Source: Octopus vulgaris
Lineage: Eukaryota
DNA: 64,000 bases
NCBI GenBank assembly: GCA_951406725.2
Contig: OX597815.1
Location: 140,864,001 to 140,928,000, forward strand
Reading direction: 5' to 3'
A program made the position numbers and the translations under genes. Below are positions 27,632-41,512 of the stretch, one piece after another (the stretch's first letter is position 1; each line of letters begins with the position of its first letter). The notes beneath the pieces are model-generated. The model was not told the DNA's origin, did no database searches, and saw nothing but the letters and a program-made list of their open reading frames with translations.

Positions 27632-28980
27632 CATGAAATTTGTCTTAGAAAAATGTGCCAAAGCAACTTTAAAAAGAGGAAAACTAGTTAAGAGTAACAA
27701 CATCACAGTAGATAAAGCAAATGAAATAAACAGAATTAGACCAAAGCCAGACATGACATATAAATACTTAGGAATCAATAAACTAGATACGATACAGCAT
27801 ATACAAATGAAAGAGAAGATAAGAAAAGGAGGAAAACAAGAAAATTAATGGCAGGATTTAGGATGCACCGCCCAAAATCAGTCATAAAAAGATTATATAT
27901 GTAACATATCGAAGGTGGTGGAGGCCTTACACAGCTAGACAATTATTACAAAATAACCACCAAAGGATTATAGAAATTTCAGAAGCAAAGAAATCTGATG
28001 CAAATAGCCACAAAACGCGAACAAAAGAAAAAGTGTCTTCTGTATTTAAGGAAGCTAACAAATACAAAAAAAGAACTCATAATACGTAACAGGTATTAAG
28101 AAAAAAGAAGAAACAACAAAAGATGTAACACAACTGAAATGCAAACAAAAGCTGGAACAGCAGCGGATCATGATAAAACGAAGACAAGGTAAATATTGAG
28201 GTAAGCTTAACAGAAGAGCAAAATCCCACGAAGCAAAATCCCAACAATGACTTAAAGCAGAGACTGAAGGATTTTTTTAATTGCAGCACAAGATCAAAGC
28301 CTTCTCACCAGAATCCACCAAAAACATATAATGAAAACAAATACAAGATGTAACTGCAGAGTATGTGGTTATGGCGAAGAAACAATAAATCATATTGTCT
28401 CTGGTTAATCAGTCCTGGCTTAGAAGGAATATATTCTCAGACACGACAGATATGGAACCTATAAACACTGGAAGTTATGTCAACACTATGGAATAGCAGC
28501 AGAAAAGAGATGGTATAGGCACACGTCAGAAAAGGTCACAGAAAATCGAGAAAGCAACTATACTGGAATATACCAATGCACAAAGTCAGATAAATTAAGG
28601 CCAATAGGCCGGCTATCAGAATTCCCTAATAAATAAAAAAATTCGCTTTCTAATTGATTATTAAATATTAACAGATGCCAATGTTTCTCTAAAAGAAAAG
28701 GAGAAACTTTCAAAGTACAAAATCCTGGAAGTAGAGGTAACTCGAATGTGGAATCTAAAAGAGAAACAGTTCCTTTTATAGCAGGCGCATTAGGTAGGAC
28801 AAAAAATTATTCCGACAAATACATAACAAAAACACCAGGACTAATAATTATATATAATATTCCAAAAATAGCACTACTAGGCACCTCACCAATCCTTTGT
28901 AAAACACCTTCAATACAGTAAAAATGAGAGCATCAAGGCAAACCACGGCATATACCCAAGGCACACAGTAAAGTAAGTGA
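27630..28980 (+). mobile_element. Dong/R4-clade non-LTR retrotransposon, 5'-truncated and decayed, between (AAT)n tracts
   Basis: MKF.LEKCA..LKRGK, YKYLG, MH.PKS...RLY, ETEG..IAAQDQ, CRVC...ETINHIVSG (CCHC), RHD, ANRP, EKLSKY..LEVE..RMW (restriction-like endonuclease). Confidence 0.9.
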
Positions 28981-31164
28981 TAAAATAATAATAATAATAA
29001 TAATAATAATGATGATGATGATGATACCTTTTATTTATCCACCAGGGCGAAGGTTGAAGAGGACAATACAAAGCATCAAGTATTGTGGCTTTCATATAAT
29101 GATATCAGAGAAATTATATATATACATAAATGTATTAGAAGTATACACAGTATACAAGAGAAACAGAAGGTATACATACTATACAAAAGTATAAATAATT
29201 AAAATTAAAAAAATTAATTAATTAAGAATAAAAATAAAATAAAGTGGGTATAATGAATCGAATTAATCTTAAAGAGATACAAAATTCGCAACGTTGATGA
29301 GAGGTTTCAATGTAGAGTAGAGTTTGAAAGTGAAAGATGGGAAACTTTATAAAGTATATAAATCAATGTATGTAGATTTTTAAAAGGACATATATTTGTA
29401 CAGAAAACATCGATATACCACACAATAACTCAAGCAATAACTAAAAAAAGGGAGTAAAACGGGAAAATTTTCTCTATAGAATGGGCTTGGTTCTCAAATT
29501 ATGTAATAGTGCAACCAAATTTAAATGCAAGCCCTTTTAGACACGTTTAGTATTGAAAGATTCCAACATAGACGCGATATTCCGTTTTAAGTTTGTTTGA
29601 TGCAATATTTTAGGTTATTTTACAAATAATCAATCTGTCTTTTGCATGTTGCTTATATTCTGAACAGTTATATGCCTGGCAGTTTTTGTATCATTTTAAC
29701 TTCAGAATGTCTGTGTCACCGGATGTTGTTTAATTGTTTGTTAATTATTTGTTTGATTGTCTGTGGCTATATTGACTTTTTCCGATTAATTTTTTAATTG
29801 ATTTATAATGAACATAAAAAATATCTGATAAATATTAAAGATCAGAAAAAATAAAAGATTATTTAAAACACATGAATAATATCATAAGTACAAAAATTGA
29901 CTCACTCTCCGGTCTACAGATGGGAATATCTCTATATTAGTTTTTTCTAGTATTTTCGAACACCGAAGGTATCGGTGTTTATCTTAATGTTTGGGCTGTG
30001 CAAGAAATCTCCCTCTTAGTTTAGGGAGTTTCATCTTAAATTATTATGTGGCAGGCATTTTCTTTATGAGTTCCTCGTATGGATGTTTCACAATATTTAA
30101 GCATATATCTCCAATCAAAATAATGCAACTACATTTCTCTTCCATTAGTCCTATCGATAGTTCATTATATTTGTTAAGCATAAAAGTGTGAAATTCAACT
30201 TACAATGGCCTCACCATGACGTACTTAGTTTTGTATTATTCTATATGCTCAACTGTCACTCTTCTCATAACCAAAGCAACCAAAAGAAATTGGAGAATTA
30301 ACTATATGTGAAAAAAAGCACCCAATGTCTCTTGGATTTCAGGAGTGCTTGTAGGTAAAACATATAAATTACACAAAGAAGTCACTTTGTGTAATTACAG
30401 TTTGTAGATATATGTACTATCATTGCATGTTTTGCATTTGTCACAGCGTGCTGCTTTTTGCGGCCCTGGGCATATTCCGCGATCATTTCATATGTTCCAC
30501 CGACTTCGAAAATTAATGTTCTATGTTATCCTTCAACATTTTATGTTGATAAAGCTCTTTATTAAGTTATTTCATTTAAAATGCTGATTTTCTATTTGTT
30601 TCATGCTCTTGAAAGGAAACAATAAAATCCGAATTTTATGACACCAGTAGCCAAAAGAGCTATTAGGAAGTAACCTTTGAAAGTATGATCAATCATGGCT
30701 TCCTTCAGTATACAAAGAAGCTATCCATTAATACGCATCTTTGTAATACTGCATTTTACGTTCAGTTTCTCCTATGGGGTTTTATTTCAAGAATCAGTGC
30801 CTAAGATTCAAGCTTGTATTGCTGTTTAGCTTTGAGATGTTATATTTAACGGTCTTCTTCAAAGGAATGAATTTCTTAAGACAAACGTACTAATTAGTGA
30901 TGAGGAGGTGTCTTTGAATAAAATTCTGATCAAATGCCCTAAGAATATTGTAGTTTACTGATGTTAATGAATGTAAATTTTATTTACTTGATTATTAAAG
31001 TTGTTAGATGTTCGGTTGTAAGGATTTCTTGATACGGAAAATAATTACTGTATGATTTTAAATAGAATTATAATAGCTTCATGCCAGTAGAGGAATGAAG
31101 GTTTTAGCTTATATTTCTAATAATCTACAGGAAACTGAGCAGATAACAAGATATATGCTAAAAG

Positions 31165-31575
31165 ATATATCTTCTACTCTTGGCACAAGGCCTGGAATTT
31201 GGGGGGAGGGAACCAGTCGATTAGACTGACCCCAGTACACAACTGGTACTTAATTTATCAACCACGAAAGGATGAGAGGCAAAGTCGACCACGGCGGAGT
31301 TGGAATTCAGAACATAAAGACAGACGAAATACCTATTTCTATTTCTTTACTACCCACTAGTGGCTAAACACAGAGAGGACAAACAAGGACAGACAAAGGA
31401 ATTAAGTCGATTATATCGACCCCAGTGCGTAACTAGTACTTATTTAATCGACTCCGAAAAGATGAAAGACAAAGTCGACCTCGGCGGAATTTGAACTCAG
31501 AACGTAGCGGAGGACTAAATATCGCTAAGCACTTCGCCCGGCGTGCTAACGATTCTGCCAGCTCACCGCCTTCAT
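31165..31575 (-). mobile_element. tRNA-derived SINE with internally duplicated body
   Basis: Minus strand: aaggcggtgagctggcagaatcgttagc...gagttcaaattcc (B box)-gccgaggtcgactttg (Nin/Deu-like domain), repeated twice. Confidence 0.9.
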
Positions 31576-32217
31576 AAGCTAACAGATATTATTTACTGGT
31601 GAACACACCAACTGCTAGTTCTTTGATTCTTTTGACAATTAAAGATCAGTGGCTGCTCCAAAAGACCTAATCCCCTAATATTTATAAATCTAAAATAGCA
31701 TTGTCTAAAACGAAAATATATAATGGCTATTTTATAGTGAAACAGATTCCTTTTATCATAGGTGTATTCTTGAAAAAAACCAACACATAACTTACACGTA
31801 CTGAAGTACAAAGAGCCCGAAACAGGAATAAAAGGTAGCTAGTTTAAAACATGCGTTTGGTAAAAAAATGAAATAAAACAGGACATCAGCAGTATCAGTC
31901 CATAAAATCTAATCATTATATTTCAAAACAATGAACTTTGTTTCCAGTATCTTTATTGTATACGACTGAACACATTGAGTTACTCTTGAACTATAACTAA
32001 AATTCTTCTAACATTTATCACTAAAACAATAATTAATCAATATTGCTTGATGGTCACTGAGTTCTTCTCTAAGGAAATTAAGGCAGAAATTTAAACTATC
32101 ATTTAAATGCTTCTCACCGAGCAGAACCCAATTTTCCCTCACACGATGAATTTCGTTATCGCAATTTCAGAGATGTGAATATGCATATATATATATATAA
32201 ACAAGAAAGATAAATAT

Positions 32218-32600
32218 TATTTTCTGCTCTAGGAACAAAGCCCGAAATTTTCGGGGAGGGGAGCAGTCAATTAGATCGACTACAGTGCGTAACTGGTGCC
32301 TAATTTATCGACACCGAAAGGATGAAAGGTAAAGTCGACCTCGGCAGAATTTGAACTCAGAACGTAACGGCAGACGAAATACCTATTTCTTAACTACCCA
32401 CAAGGGGCTAAATACAGAGAGGACAAACAAGGACAGACATATTAAGTTGATTATATCGACCGCAGTGCATAACTGGTACTTATTTAATCGACCCCGAAAG
32501 GATGAAAGGCAAAGTCGACCTCGGCGGAATTTGAACTCAGAACGTAACGGCTACGCATTTCGCCCGGCGTGCTAACGTGTCTGCTAGCTAACCGCCTTGC
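32218..32600 (-). mobile_element. Second copy of the dimeric SINE
   Basis: Colinear with 31165-31575. Confidence 0.9.
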
Positions 32601-32877
32601 AAGAAATATAAATATTAAAAATAATATAACTATCCAGCAAGAATAAAGTACCATAAAATATAGAACTATAAACATACAAAGCAGATGTACACGATGTGCG
32701 ATTATTACTAGAAATAGCTATCTGCAATATGCAGATCTTCACGTAATTTCTACAGGAAGAGATTTGCGGGCGGTGAATATAGGGAAATCCTGTCTTACCT
32801 CTACGGAGATTGTTAGAGGAATGAAGGATAATTCAATACTGTAATTTCAAACTTTTCGGATCACGTGCGTTTAGAGC

Positions 32878-33192
32878 ACAGGCTGTGAAATTGGGCGCTA
32901 CCACAGTTGGCGTTGAGACAGTTTAGGTGGGCGCTGGTGCCTTAGGGGGCGCTAGAGAAAAAGAAGGCGTTGGAAGGAAGGTAGTGGATTGGGGGACGCT
33001 ATGAATATATCTTAATATTATTATAGTATTGTATATAGATTATATAATATATTTAATATCAAAAGATTCATAGTATATATAAATTAGTAAAATATAAAAT
33101 ATTTATTTATACATAAAAATATCGGTGGGGGCACTGAGGAGTATTATGTGGCCATGAGTTGGGAAGTGTCCCAAAAAGTTTGAGAACCTCTG
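32878..33192. mobile_element. hAT-like MITE remnant
   Basis: Ends in aaaaagtttgagaacctctg, typical of hAT/Charlie termini; internal gggcgct subterminal repeats. Confidence 0.5.
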
Positions 33193-33299
33193 GTTTAAAG
33201 TCATACTTTAAAGTATACTTCTAGAAAATTTTATGTCCAGTTATTTGGAGTAGGTTGAAATTGCTATGAAAACTTAGTGTACCCCTTGCATATAGTGTG

Positions 33300-35100
33300 A
33301 CTCTTATATTTTTATACACGTTTGTTTATTGCGTAGGTGGATTATAATCCTGATCTTCAGAGAATCTGTGTTGATAAAAAACACTGGTTTGTGTAATCTA
33401 TAATTTTCTGTACATACTTAAGCAGAGCTGATATAAACCATGAGCTTCCCTATATTTCGTTGGTGTTTTATTAGGTAAGATAAATATAGTATCTCCGAGG
33501 GTTCTACATATGTTTCAGCTTAGTTTCAGCAATACGATTTATTTTAAATAGGTTATGCATGTTCTGGAGGCTTTGCATATTCCACTTACTTATTTTTGGC
33601 TGCCTTTCACGGTTGCATATTCATGCTGTTCAGGTCGGCTGTGAATTTAATTTTTTCTGGTGTTGCTGATAGTGATATAGGACTGTTTCGGTATCAGGGT
33701 GCTAGAAATTAATAAAGGATTCGAATAGTTGTAAAGCTATGCCTGGTGAATATTTGGAGTATGTCAATGTGATGCTATCCCCATATGTTGATCTGTGTAT
33801 GTTTGATGAGGTGTGAAGAGATTGTACATTTGAAAATTGAAAGAAGTGATTTAGTGGACAGATGCTTGGTATCTGTTCGGGAAATTACAATTTTAGAACT
33901 GTTGGGTTATATACAACAGAGGTTTGGTGCTAGATTCATTGTTTTAAAGCCACAGTTTTGTGTTGCTTCTTAAGGTGGCTTTCAGAATATTGTTTATCAG
34001 AGCATAATACCAATATCGATAGAAGTAGAGTACATGTTGAGGAGAGTTTCACTGAAAATGTCAAGAGACATTTGTGCTAGGTACATGAATAGTCTTGTGT
34101 CTGAGTATAAAGGTAAGAGTGTGTAAGGTAATGATAATCAGGATAAGCTTATATTTTTTCTTACTGTTAGAGGTTGTGGGGGGTTTGCATGCTATTGCTT
34201 CAACCAGAATTTTTGTGAAATTGTGTAATTAGATAATTCTTTTCCTATCTCACATATTTTGAGAATGCAACAACGTTGGAACCAAATAGTTGTAATTGTT
34301 GGGCAGAGCAGTGTTTCTTGCTAAAGTGTCACTTTACGTTGGGATATTTTCAAGCTGTGCCATTTCAAATTTTCACTCTGCTTCTATTGATTTCCCATTG
34401 AAACGAAGTGTTAAGAATCATGGTTTAATTTAAAGACGCATATGTTAAGTTTTGTGATTATTTTTTTTTGTCTCTGTACAATCGTCCTCGATAATTTTCG
34501 AGTATTTTCGTCGAAGCAGTGTAAGGAGTGTATTTCTGGTTTCTTTTTTAATTTATGTCTGTTCATGATGTTGCTAGTTACTTTACTTTGTGTTCAAATG
34601 AATATTTTATTGTCAATTTTGGAAACAAATGCTTGGTAGCCTTCATTATTTTGTTGTTTAATTATTTGAAACGGTTTATCATACTTGATGTGTACGTTTT
34701 TGGTACATTGAGTTGGTACTTCATATTTCTAATTACGTGAGCTATTTGTGCCAGCTAATTGCTTGCATTATTAGGTGCCTTGTGTAATAGTTTGCTTTAG
34801 CGTTTGCATGCAGTAATTTTGTGCTTATGCTGGTGTTCTTGCATTGTGCAAATTTTTTCCCTATTTTCAGCTAGAGATGCTTCCCCTGGATGATTTTTGG
34901 AAATTGCAAATATTTTCTTTTTACTTTGTCCAGTGATGCATGAGTGTTTTACGATGAATCTCATTAGGGAGAGTATTATGTTTGCGATGAAGTTGAGGTA
35001 ACAACGTGCAGACTTTTACTGACGAAATTTGTTGCACATTGCTTGCTATAATGTTGGAAATAAACGGAGATTAGCTTCAAAGTTATTCCAGCCTCTCATC
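33300..35100 (-). mobile_element. Highly decayed retroelement, probably PLE (RT plus GIY-YIG)
   Basis: T/G-skewed decayed coding-like sequence; minus-strand fragments resemble PLE LYFYRY/DI and RQPKN segments; no intact ORF. Confidence 0.45.
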
Positions 35101-35541
35101 TGTTATCAATAGAATTTTACTCTCAACAATATGTGCAATCAAGCATAGTGAACATTAGTAACTTGTTCAAGGACACAACGTGCCGTAAAAGAAAATAATT
35201 GCTTGATTAACACAAAGACAAAGTGGGGACAAAGGGTAATTCTTCATTCGACTTTCAATGTGAGGTAGGGTAGGATTTAGGTCCATAATGGGTAACTGTT
35301 TGAAGACGAAAATAAAGCAAGAGACTTAAAAATCTGTGATGAGGCTACTCTGAACAAGGAAAGATAATGTGTAGTTCGATTCGTTGGGTGGAAATAACAT
35401 GCAACGAGGGAGATAAGAAGGATCTTTTGAAGGAGTTCAATATGCTGCTTTAAAGGGCTGTCAATTTTCATACACGCGTACATAAATTCTTTTAAACAGA
35501 CACGCAGAATATACATATCCGAACTCTCTCTCTCCTCTCTT

Positions 35542-35572
<31 letters not shown>

Positions 35573-35807
35573 ACTCTTTTTCACACACACACACAACTTG
35601 TAATTACGAAGTCAAACAAAATAATGTTATTTTGAAAGCATTTCTGCTTAAGTTTCATACCTGCGTAATAAATAATAGGAAATACATCCTCTACGCAAGA
35701 AGTTCTTTAGTTGATACAATTAAAAACATAAACTCATATAGACTGAAACGCGTGTAAGCACTTTAATATAAACTTTTGTTTACTTTTATTAGATATATAA
35801 ATATACA

Positions 35808-35945
35808 CGGGGCGGCGAGCTTTGAGAACCGTTAGCACTCCAGACAAGAATCGAGGTTGATATGATAAGTATCAGTTGAACACTGGGGCCGAACTATTTT
35901 GCATATACATTACACCGAAATTACAGGATTTGTGTCAGAAGTTGA
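35808..35945 (+). mobile_element. Deleted SINE copy (31165 family)
   Basis: ggcggcgagctttgagaaccgttagcac...ataagtatcagttgaacactgggg. Confidence 0.6.
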
Positions 35946-35953
35946 AATTTATA

Positions 35954-36888
35954 TCTTTACATATATAAAACTGAGATTGTGTGTCTGTCTGTCTGTGTGT
36001 TTCCCTAAAACTTGAGAACTACACAACCAATTTCATTCAAATTTTACACATGCTTTACTTAGGGTCCGGGGAGTGTCATCGGCAAAATATTTAAACTTTT
36101 TTCCTAGGGCAAGCCCACAGCAAAATCATATCTTCTCCACTACGATTCCCTAAAACTTGAGAACTACACAACCAATTTCATTCAAATTTTACACATGCCT
36201 TACTTAGTGTCCATGTAGTTTCATGGGTAAAAAATGTTCAACTTCTTGCCTAGAGCGAGCCCATAGTAATATCATATCTTCTCCACTATTTCAGTATTAC
36301 GTGTTACAAGTGAAACAAAAATATTTCTCTCTTTTATGTCAGATGCTTTCACTTTAACAATAAAAATAATAATAACAATTGAATTATATGTAGTAAGTAA
36401 TAATTAAAATCAAACTAAAGTATAATATAAGTAAAAATAACAATTGGTATAAAATTGCATCAATGATTTGAACTTGAATAAGTGGTTTCACATGAAAGGG
36501 AATAAATTTAAAATAAAATTAGCATGCAGAAAAGGAGTAGTCCAGATGGATAATACAAAATTGAATTAAAGAAAAGACTATTGTCTATAAATTATACAAT
36601 GTAGAGAAAAACGAAGAGCTAACAATTCCAGTCTGTTATATATTTTGAGTATTGTTATCACTAGCTATATCAAGATATAACTTTGTATTTTGCATTTTAT
36701 GTGTAGATGTATATATAAAGATGAACATGTAATATGTACACAGACACGCAGAATATACATATCCGAACTCTCTTTCTCTCTCTTTCCTCTCTCTCTCTTT
36801 CTCTCTCTCCTCTCTCTCTCTCTATGTATATACACATATATACATGCTCTAGCACTATGACCCGGCAACGACGGGTCTTTAATGCTAG
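35954..36888 (+). mobile_element. Non-autonomous Helitron, unit 1
   Basis: A|TC 5' end (tctttacatatataaaactgaga), (GTCT)n, 3' hairpin gacccggcaacgacgggtc then CTAG|T; internal duplication of about 145 bp at 36000-36290. Confidence 0.85.
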
Positions 36889-38478
36889 TATATATATAAA
36901 ACTGAGAATGTGTGTGTGTCTGTCTGTCTGTCTGTGTGTTTCCCTAAAACTTGAGAACTACAGAACTAATTTCATTCAAATTTTACAAATGCCTTACTTA
37001 GGGTCCATGTCGTTTCATGGGCAACAAAAAGACCATAGGAATATCATATCTTCTCCACTATTTCAGTATTACGTGTTAAAAGTGAAACAAAAACATTTCT
37101 CTATTTTATGTCAGATACTTTCACGTTAACAATAAAAATTAGAGATAATAACAAATGAATTATATGTAGTAAGTAATAATTAAAAACTAAAGTATAATAT
37201 AATAATTAAATCGTAACATAACAAAAGTAAAAATAGCAATTGGTATAAAATTGCATCAATGACTTGAACTTGAATAAGTGGTTTCACATGAATGGGAATA
37301 AAATATAAATAAAATTAGCGTGCAGAAATGGAATAGTCTAGGTGGAGCTGTGCACATACCTTTTACCACAGCATTTACATTAGATTATCTGCTAATTAGC
37401 TAGCATTGAGTATCTATATGACGTTTGGTTGTATGTAATGTCTGTTTTCTCGAACAGCCGCTTCTACTGAGTACTGCTGTTGATTTATTTCTTATACATG
37501 AAGGACTATAGCTTCAACTGCGTACTGCTTGTTGATTCACCGTAAAGTTTGTTGTTATTATTATTACTGCTTAACTATTGTTATCACGTTTGTTGGTTAA
37601 TCGAAAGGGAAATGTTGTTGTGTTGCATTTGTTAAATATTTGTAAACCGTAACCCTCCTCCTTTGGGAGAAGCTGCTTTGGTTATTGTTTAAAAATTGAA
37701 TTGTGTGCCTGTATGGGGAAATTGACAATATTTTCACCGTTTATACGGAAGCATTTTTGTTAAAATGCCTTCGATAGAAGAAAGTTCAAAAATGAAATTC
37801 GCTGCAGCCGTCGGCGGGCGCGAACTTATTAAAATTAAAATGGAAGAAATACAAACCTACTTCGGATTGATCACCGACAAAGACGGTGAATATAGGATAA
37901 AACCACCAAACGAAATAAAAAAATTAAATTAAAGAAAGGACTATTGTCTATAAAGTATAAAATGTAGAGAAAAAAGATTTGAACACCTGGAGGAAAGCAC
38001 CATCGAAAAGTGTCTTGGTGCGACTATGAAAGATAAGTATCTAACCAGAGGCGGTAAATTCGTCACAATTGAAGCAAGGTTCGAGTCAACGGAGCGTGTA
38101 AGGGAGTACTCGACTCGAACCTTGCAAAGTGGAAATATTTTATTTTTACCTTTATATCTGGAAGGTAGGACGTCCCGGATAAAAATTTAAAATGTCCCCT
38201 TAAAAGTAAAGGTAGACTGGATTGTTGCCACACTTCTATACAAGAGGGAGAACAAGATACAATTGATCGTAATTGCAAGAGACGGGCTACAATTCCAGTC
38301 TGATATATATTTTGAGTATTGTTATCACTAGCGATATCAAGATATAACTTTGGATTTTGTATTTTATGTGTAGATGTATATATATACAGATGTACATGTA
38401 ATATGGACACATATATATACATACACACTTATAAATTCACAAGCACTATGATCCGGCAACGACGGGTCATAATACTAG
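36889..38478 (+). mobile_element. Non-autonomous Helitron, unit 2 (tandem, longer)
   Basis: Starts immediately after the CTAG of unit 1 with tatatatataaaactgaga; ends gatccggcaacgacgggtc...CTAG|T. Confidence 0.85.
37764..38300 (+). pseudogene. Captured N-terminal fragment of an L1/Tx1-type ORF1
   Basis: MPSIEESS...; ERTIVYKV...ESTIEKCLG...RGGKFVTIEARFESTERVREYSTRTLQSGNILFLPLYL aligns with the 3600-3840 ORF1 peptide. Confidence 0.65.
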
Positions 38479-38513
38479 TATATAAATATAGATAATCTCT
38501 CACTCTCTCTCTC

Positions 38514-38564
<51 letters not shown>

Positions 38565-39054
38565 ATGTGTGTCTATGCATATATGTATACATAATATTTA
38601 CATAATTATATAAGCATTGTTATATGTTCCATATATGTGTGTGAATGCATATCTGTCTATGTATGTGAGTGTGTATTCTTGCACATCTCTACATAATATG
38701 TGATATTGTTATTTGAAGTGATTAACGTAAATATAACTGAACAATTTGTCGCCTAACTCACTCAGTTGAATGAAATAATTCATTTTCAAAGAGCCATGAT
38801 GTATATCTCAATTCTATAGAAGATAACTTCTAACAATATTTCTAATTGTGAGATTTTTATTATTTTAGTACTTCTATAATTCTTAAAGGATGAGTACTCG
38901 TGAAATTATGATAGTGGAATTTTTACCAATACCATCATGATGGATTTTTGTTTTTATAACACAATGTATAAATATATAACATTATATACTAAATTTTTCC
39001 GTTGGAGCCAAAATAGGTGTGTCGCAATCAATCTTATTGTGTATAGTATCTTAT

Positions 39055-39360
39055 GTTGGGGAACGCAAAACAAACCCGGATTTTGCAGTATTATTATATT
39101 TACTTTGTTTTACATGTTTACACTTTTATCACCTTCAAAGCATTCTCCATTTGAAGCAATGCATCGTTCCGCACGCGTTTTCCACTGTCCGAAGCAGTCC
39201 TGACACATTTGTGAAGTGATGCCCTTTAACATCTCCATCGATATTTTCTTCACCTCTTCCACATCTGCAAACTGCGGAGCACTAGCTTTCGTTGCCAGTC
39301 ATGACCTTCGGTAAAAGGTCCGAATCAACTTCCAGCTGTTCTCTTAATTCACGATAGTGA
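39055..39360 (-). mobile_element. Mariner transposase 3' remnant
   Basis: Minus strand reads QWKTRAERCIASNGECFEG, the mariner C-terminus. Confidence 0.7.
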
Positions 39361-39524
39361 ATGATTTTCACTGCCTTTGATATATAATGTTTCAAAGCTA
39401 TAATTGCTTTTCTAGTGAAGAAGCTTCGCACAATTTTGACATTTAAAAGTTTTACATTATATATTTAGAAAATTTGCTTACGTAGACATACAGAGGAAGC
39501 ATACAACATTTCTTACATTTATAG

Positions 39525-40155
39525 GATGTGTGCTATGAAATTTGTTCCCCAGTCACATGGTTCACGTTCAGTCCCACTGCGTGTCAACTGGGCTAAGTGT
39601 CTTGTGTTTTCCGATCAACGTTTTGTGAGCAGATTTGGTAGGCGGAAATTCACACACACACACACACACACATACAGATGAGCGGGTGTGTGTCTGTGTG
39701 GGCTCGCGCGCAGTTTACTGTTCCGTTTACGTAGGATCAACAAAACCTACTCAATTTAGTGAGAGAGAAATGTAATTTAATGTACACTGTACTAATACTT
39801 TCTTGCCAATTTCGGGCTTTGAGCTCAAAAACTCTGAAGAGTGGTTGAAAGCACATGGCACGTTATAAGAATCTGCTTAACCACCTGTCTCAATTGCAAG
39901 AATCTATTAGTAGCTCCTATATTTATATAGTGTACATTAATATATATGTGTGTATGTTTTTACAGCAGCGTTTTGCCCCCCCCCACCCACCCAACGCTTG
40001 ACAACCAATGTTGTATTTACGTCCCCGGATTTTAGTTCTTCGGCAACAGAGACCGAAAGAATTAATATTGTCTCGATCCATTTAACGAAGATTCTTCAAG
40101 GTGCTGTCTCCGTATGGACGTTGACTAATGACTGCAAGAAGTACAAGATAAAAGG
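39525..40155 (+). mobile_element. Fragmented SINE (41838 family)
   Basis: gttcagtcccactgcgtg...ggatttggtaggcggaaa-like at 39560-39650; cgcttgacaacc...cggcaacagagaccga at 39990-40060. Confidence 0.7.
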
Positions 40156-40354
40156 AAAATGATCATACTCTCCTAAGTTTAGTTGTTTCGAGAAATGAAG
40201 ACTAACGTTTCAAGTACATGTTCTTCCTCATAGCATGGCGTAGGACAATGAAGAAATAGAAAGTAAAAGAGACTGAAGAAAGAGCGCAGGAGAAAGAGAG
40301 AGAAAAACAAGGTAAACGATAATGATAATTATCTTTTTTAGTGGAAAAATATTT

Positions 40355-40530
40355 CAAATTTTGACAGAAGACCAGCAATTTTGGGGAGGGGGTAAATCAA
40401 TTACATCGACCCCAGCACTCAACTGGTTATTATTTTATCGACGCTGAAATTATGGATGGCAAAGTGGACCTCTGTGGAATGTGAAGACGGGCGAAATAGT
40501 TCTAAATATTTTACCCAGGGTGGTAACATT
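40355..40530 (-). mobile_element. Degenerate SINE (31165 family)
   Basis: ttggggagggggtaaatcaattacatcgaccccagcactcaactgg...ggcaaagtggacct. Confidence 0.7.
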
Positions 40531-41338
40531 TCATCCAACGATTCATCTTTGGTGGTAACATAGTAAAATATCAAAAGAGAGATGGAAGTGGACGGTGTTT
40601 GGTGACACGAGACTACAAAATACACGATAAAAAAAAATAATTAAATCAATCTGAATGTGTAGATATAGTGGACATACGAAGTAAGGGCGAGAAATGAAAG
40701 GAAGTTTGAAGGGAGATTTAGAGAACATTAATATTCTAAAGCCAAGAGAGACGTCAGAAGATAAGACAGGAAGTCGAGCTATTAAGAGTACAGAAAATTA
40801 GTGCATAGACAAATTAGGACGGACGAAGAAATTTAATAGGAAATAGAGGCACAAATCTTTAGAGTTAGTATCAAATATGGACAAAAAAATTAACTCTCTG
40901 CTCTGACAGACAAACACACATACAGATATACACATACGAACGCGTACCAACATAGACACACATACTCCGATACACAAACACACACATATACACAAACACA
41001 CAAACACTGTACTACAAAGCGCACTCAATGAGATAGGTGTATGTGAAAGAATGTTCATATGCAGTTATATATCATTCAGTAGAAAAGCTAAATCCCATGT
41101 AAAATAAAACGCTTTTATTTAATCCACTGCTTAAACACACAAGAAATGATAAAGAAGAAACAGCAAATAGGTCAGTTTTATATTCGCATAATTAATTACA
41201 TATGACTTTAAATGGTACATCGAATTACATGAGTACTTTTTGTATTACTGCATAAAACTCACACATGCAATGCATAATTATTTGCACAGCTGCTTTAGAG
41301 TTCTATTATTTAAAGAAGCTCAGCAGTGTGCACCTATG

Positions 41339-41401
<63 letters not shown>

Positions 41402-41434
41402 TTATATATATAAAAACATGATGCGAAGGATTCA

Positions 41435-41512
41435 GCGGTACATATGTTTCGGGCCTTTATTAGACAGATTTATAACAATGCATAATGTATGTCTGTGGCC
41501 TTCTTCAGCCGC
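41435..41512 (-). ncRNA. Type I hammerhead ribozyme (minus-strand copy)
   Basis: Reverse complement of 41638-41715. Confidence 0.85.
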
